Assembly: GCA_963674745.2 (NCBI GenBank)
Contig: CAXXDV010000003.1
Location: forward strand, 544,001 to 608,000
Direction of reading: 5' to 3'
DNA length: 64,000 bases
Origin: Desulfosudaceae bacterium
Lineage (GTDB): Bacteria > Desulfobacterota > Desulfobacteria > Desulfobacterales > Desulfosudaceae
The notes under the pieces were generated by a model. It was not told the origin of the DNA, made no database searches, and saw only the letters and a list, made by a program, of their open reading frames with translations. Position numbers and translations under genes: made by a program. This document shows, one piece after another, positions 60,210-64,000 of this stretch. The first letter of the stretch is position 1; every line of letters begins with the position of its first letter.

Positions 60210-63170
60210 ATGAACGGTCTGGTTTTCTGGTTGTTTCGAACAATGGCCCTGATGTTCAATCATCGCCCGAAGTTGAATCAATGCCTGCGGCACAGGGACG
60301 GGTATTTTGAATTTACCCTGGGCTTTAAAACCGAAACCGGTTCCGTTGACCGGGCCCTTCGGGTGGCTGACGGCCGCATGACGCCCTTGAAAAAGACGCC
60401 GGACAAAGCCGACCTGGTCCTGTATTTTAAAGATAACCGGACCCTGCTGGAAATGCTGACCACCACGCCCAACCAGATCCTGATCCTGATTCTGAACAAC
60501 AAGATGACCCTGTCGGGCAATCTTTCCTGCCTGCAGTTGTTTAATTATTATGTGTCGCTGCTGGCGGGGCCGCTGCATCGGTGGATGCTGCGCCGGCAGC
60601 AGAAGAAAGACCGGGCCGACCGGACCCGAACCTGGGGGAGAAAAAACAGCCAAAGCGAAAAAGCGGATCTGCCTTACCGGCGGCAGCAGCCCCTGCGGGT
60701 TGACAACCCGTCCATCGAAGCCGGGGTCGGTTTTTTAACGGAGCCGTATCTTTCCGATTACACGCTTTCGGATTTCCCCCGGCTGGAGCGGATGCTCGAG
60801 CGGCACTTCACGGCAAAACCGCAGGTCTGTATCGAACGCCCGCGCCTGCTGACCCGATGGTTCCGGGAAAACGGTTTCGAGACCGATGCCGACGGGCAGC
60901 CCTGGACGCCGGAATTGCGGCAGGCCCATGCCTTCAAATATCTGATGTGTGAAAAAAAGCCGGTTATCGCCGGGGACGCCCTGCTGGCGGGATCGACCAC
61001 CGCGGCCCAGCCCACCGGCGTTGTCATTTATCCTGATGCCCATGGCGGCCTGCTCTGGGGTGAGTTGGCTTCCGTCGGCGACCGGCCGCTCAACCCTTAC
61101 CATATCAGCCAAGAAGATGCCCGGGAACTGCATCATGATATCTTTCCGTTCTGGATCAATCGCAATTTCAAGGAGTATGTCCGCCAGAAATACGATTATC
61201 CCTTGAGCATGAAGATTGAAGAGCGCTGGGTTTATTATTTTGTCTGGAAGTCCATCGCGGTATCCCATACCATCCCTGATTACCCCGCCATCCTGAGCCG
61301 GGGCACATCCGGCCTGATCGATGATATTGAAACACATCTGGCCGATGCTTCCGACGATAAAGACCGCTGCCATACGCTGACGGCCATGAAGCTGTGCCTG
61401 GAAGGGATGACGGCCTATGCCGAACACTGTGCCGAAGAAGCGGAACGGCAGGCACAACAGGCGGCGGGTCAGGTCCGCAAGCAGGAGTTGCTTGGCATGG
61501 CCGAAGCCTGCCGCAGGGTTCCCCGTTATCCGGCGCGAAACCTGCAGGAAGCCGTCCAGTGCGTCTGGCTGGTCTGGGTCGGGCTGCACATGGAAAACAC
61601 CAACACCGGTCTTTCACTGGGGCGCCTAGACCAGTGGCTGCAGCCGTTTTTTGGCCGGGACATGGAGCAGTTGACCACGGCCGACGAACGGCAGGCGTAT
61701 GTCAGGCATGCCCTGGAACTGGTCGGCGACCTGATGATGCGGGCCACCGATCATCTGCCGCTGGTACCGGACATCGGCAACTACCTGTTCGGCGGCAGTT
61801 CTTCAGACCAGGCCATCACCCTGGGCGGCATCACCCCGGACGGTGCCGACGGGGTCAATGACATGACCTATATTTTCTTAAAAGTCACCGAGATGCTGGC
61901 CATCCGTGATCCCAACATGAACGCCCGCTTCTGTCCGGACGTCAACAGCGATACCTACTTGAGCCGGTTGTGCGAGGTCAATTACGTGACCGCCGCCACG
62001 CCTTCCATGCACAATGACCGGGCCGTGCTGGCCGCGCTTTCACAGAACGGTTACGCGCCCGAACATGCCCGGGACTGGTCGGCCACCGGCTGCGTGGAGC
62101 CGACCTTGTCCGGAAGGCACATGGGGCATACCGGTTCCATCCTCATGAACATGGTGTCGGCCCTGGAACTGGCCTTGAACAACGGCCGTCATCCCCACCT
62201 TGATCAGCAACTGGGGCCGGCCACCGGGGCGGTCGATGATTTTGCCCGGTTTGAGGATTTCTTTGCGGCCTACCAGGCCCAGCAGCGGTTTCTGATTGAG
62301 CAGGCGGTCTCTTTGAACAACATGCTGGCCGAGGCCCATGCCTTTATCCGGCCCACGCCTTTGCTCAGCGCCCTCATGGACGGCTGCCTGGAAGCCGGTC
62401 GCGACGTTACCCGGGGCGGGGCCCGTTACAACACTTCGGGCACGTCCAACATCGGCCTGACCGACGTGGTGGACTCTTTGCTGGTTATCAAAAAAATGGT
62501 TTTTGACGACAGGGTTGTCGGCTTTCAGGAACTGAAAAAAGCCATTGATACCGATTTTAAGGCGGCCCCGGATTTACACCAACGGATCCGGCGGCAGGTG
62601 TCGATGTTCGGGTCCGGACACCATGATGCCGTGGACATGGCCCGGCAGGTGACCGCTTTCGTTCACGATGCCTATCACAACCAGACGAATTTCCGCGGGG
62701 GGCACTATACCGCCGGTTTCTGGTCCATGTCCCAGCATGTGGCTTACGGCAACCTGTCCGGCACGCTGCCGTCGGGTCGTATCCGGGGCAAGGCCTTTAC
62801 CCCCGGGCTGACGCCGCATCCGGAAGCCTCGCCGAGTTTTCTGGATAATATCCGGGACGTGGCCGCCCTGGATCCGAAAACCATGGACAACAACATCGCC
62901 TTTAACGTCAAGCTGGTACCTGATGCAAAAGAATCCCGCCGGGAAATTGTTGATACCATGCGGGCTTATGTCGGCGCCTATTTCAATATGGGCGGCATGC
63001 AGATGCAGTTTAACGTGGTCAATTCCGACACTCTCAAAGCCGCCATGGCCGACCCCGACAGTTACCGCAATCTGCTGGTCAGGATTTCCGGGTACAATGC
63101 CTATTTTGTGACGCTTAACCGGGAGATGCAGATCGAGCTCATCGAGCGGGCCGAGTACGGGCTCTCATAA
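60210..63170 (+). CDS. Glycyl radical enzyme (PFL2/eliminase-like) with N-terminal SCP2-like domain
   Basis: GRLDQ, GCVEP Cys loop, QFNVV, LLVRISGY radical Gly. First ~120 aa resemble SCP2 (ADLVLYF...KMTLSGNL). ATG 60210 with RBS AAGGAG. Confidence 0.92.
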   Translation: MNGLVFWLFRTMALMFNHRPKLNQCLRHRDGYFEFTLGFKTETGSVDRALRVADGRMTPLKKTPDKADLVLYFKDNRTLLEMLTTTPNQILILILNNKMTLSGNLSCLQLFNYYVSLLAGPLHRWMLRRQQKKDRADRTRTWGRKNSQSEKADLPYRRQQPLRVDNPSIEAGVGFLTEPYLSDYTLSDFPRLERMLERHFTAKPQVCIERPRLLTRWFRENGFETDADGQPWTPELRQAHAFKYLMCEKKPVIAGDALLAGSTTAAQPTGVVIYPDAHGGLLWGELASVGDRPLNPYHISQEDARELHHDIFPFWINRNFKEYVRQKYDYPLSMKIEERWVYYFVWKSIAVSHTIPDYPAILSRGTSGLIDDIETHLADASDDKDRCHTLTAMKLCLEGMTAYAEHCAEEAERQAQQAAGQVRKQELLGMAEACRRVPRYPARNLQEAVQCVWLVWVGLHMENTNTGLSLGRLDQWLQPFFGRDMEQLTTADERQAYVRHALELVGDLMMRATDHLPLVPDIGNYLFGGSSSDQAITLGGITPDGADGVNDMTYIFLKVTEMLAIRDPNMNARFCPDVNSDTYLSRLCEVNYVTAATPSMHNDRAVLAALSQNGYAPEHARDWSATGCVEPTLSGRHMGHTGSILMNMVSALELALNNGRHPHLDQQLGPATGAVDDFARFEDFFAAYQAQQRFLIEQAVSLNNMLAEAHAFIRPTPLLSALMDGCLEAGRDVTRGGARYNTSGTSNIGLTDVVDSLLVIKKMVFDDRVVGFQELKKAIDTDFKAAPDLHQRIRRQVSMFGSGHHDAVDMARQVTAFVHDAYHNQTNFRGGHYTAGFWSMSQHVAYGNLSGTLPSGRIRGKAFTPGLTPHPEASPSFLDNIRDVAALDPKTMDNNIAFNVKLVPDAKESRREIVDTMRAYVGAYFNMGGMQMQFNVVNSDTLKAAMADPDSYRNLLVRISGYNAYFVTLNREMQIELIERAEYGLS

Positions 63171-63505
63171 TAGGTTTGAGGTTCGAGGTTCGGGGTTCCA
63201 GGGGCAGGGGATTTGGGGGCCGCGGGACGTTCGCTGATGCTGTAGGGGCGACCGGCGGGTCGCCCATTTGTCGTTTTCAGGTGGTTTCCCTTATTACCCA
63301 CGGCCCGTAGGGGCAACCCCCTGTGGTTGACCTTCATCAGGGCAGGCACGGGGGCCTGCCCCTACATTATTCATGAACATTCGCCACGGCCCGTTGGGGC
63401 GACCGCCGGTCGCCCCTACATAATCACCTCAAACCTCAACCACATAACCATGACAAAAGGGCACGGCACGCCGTGCCCCTACGCCATTTGCGAACGCCCC
63501 CCCGA
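63171..63505. repeat. REP cluster with G-rich 7-mers at the left edge and C-rich arrays near the right edge
   Basis: GGTTTGA GGTTCGA GGTTCGG GGTTCCA; five REP hairpins; TAATCACC TCAAACC TCAACCA CATAACCA. Confidence 0.88.
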
Positions 63506-63507
63506 AC

Positions 63508-64000
63508 CTATCCGGAAAAGGTTTCCTTCATCATCAGTGTGCAAACCAGGGCGCACAGGGCGGACAGGAACAATATCAGCAGCAGCAGGGTATACCCTTC
63601 CGTCGCGTAGGCGCCGGCACGGGCGGCGGGAAAGTGGTCAAGCACGCGACCCATCAGGGGCATGTAAACCGCGCCGCCCAGAAAGGGGAACAGGTTGACC
63701 GCGCCCACCGAGGTGCCGGCGATGGATACCGGAAACAGTTCTTTGGTCGTTGTAAACCCCACAATAACAATGGCCGAGGCAAAAACCGAGAGGGTGAAAA
63801 AAAGGACGTACAATGCCGGCCGGGGCAGGCCGTCGGGGTTCAAATACAGGAACAGGAGTTCCCCTGAAAGAAGTACGGCGCAGATAATAAACGGTTTTTT
63901 CCGGCTTTTGAGCAGGCGGTCGGAAACCAGCCCCATCAGCGGGCTGCCGATAATCATTCCCCACGCAATCATGCTTAAGATGGCACCGGCTTCAGTGCGG
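63508..64000 (-). CDS. MFS transporter, 5' partial
   Basis: GLVSDRLLKSRK motif A, ELFP..IAGTSVG.VN, multiple TMs; frame stays open to the window end. Confidence 0.88.
   Translation of the reverse strand, partial: RTEAGAILSMIAWGMIIGSPLMGLVSDRLLKSRKKPFIICAVLLSGELLFLYLNPDGLPRPALYVLFFTLSVFASAIVIVGFTTTKELFPVSIAGTSVGAVNLFPFLGGAVYMPLMGRVLDHFPAARAGAYATEGYTLLLLILFLSALCALVCTLMMKETFSG

Noticed and set aside
60210..63170. Annotation as pyruvate formate-lyase or alkylsuccinate synthase
   Set aside because: Lacks the PFL Cys-Cys pair; no small subunits or activase typical of ass/bss operons.

Overview
Bacterial chromosomal window; gene content and repeat style suggest an anaerobic deltaproteobacterium, probably Desulfobacterales (inference). 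1-1054: left part of an IS4-family element. 1080-40008: a ~39-kb, all-plus-strand Wzy-type exopolysaccharide/capsule locus. It holds many GT2/GT4 glycosyltransferases, WecA, WecB, a WecG/TagA-type GT, a Wzy-like protein, a beta-barrel OMP, Wza, Wzc, a CpsB-type phosphatase and many decorating enzymes (2 sulfotransferases, 2 SAM methyltransferases, AT3 and MBOAT/SGNH O-acyltransferases, GNAT, ChbG deacetylase, a Gtr-like pair). It is interrupted by a four-helix-bundle gene and an MntA/HepT toxin-antitoxin pair. 40-64 kb: RelE-type TA pair, histone H1-like protein, molybdopterin oxidoreductase, Xaa-Pro peptidase-xerD, pfaD-pfaA PUFA-synthase-like genes with no pfaB/C, a frameshifted REP-associated tyrosine transposase (RAYT), a frameshifted M48 lipoprotein, tetR plus an SCP2-fused glycyl radical enzyme, and an MFS transporter. 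Intergenic DNA from 25 kb onward is packed with GTAG-type REP hairpins and strand-polarised 7/8-mer arrays. Several genes are bracketed by locally matched direct repeats built from REP doublets, which suggests a RAYT/REP cargo-cassette system. Several 1-2-bp frameshifts may be real or sequencing errors. All calls are by eye; no database search was run.
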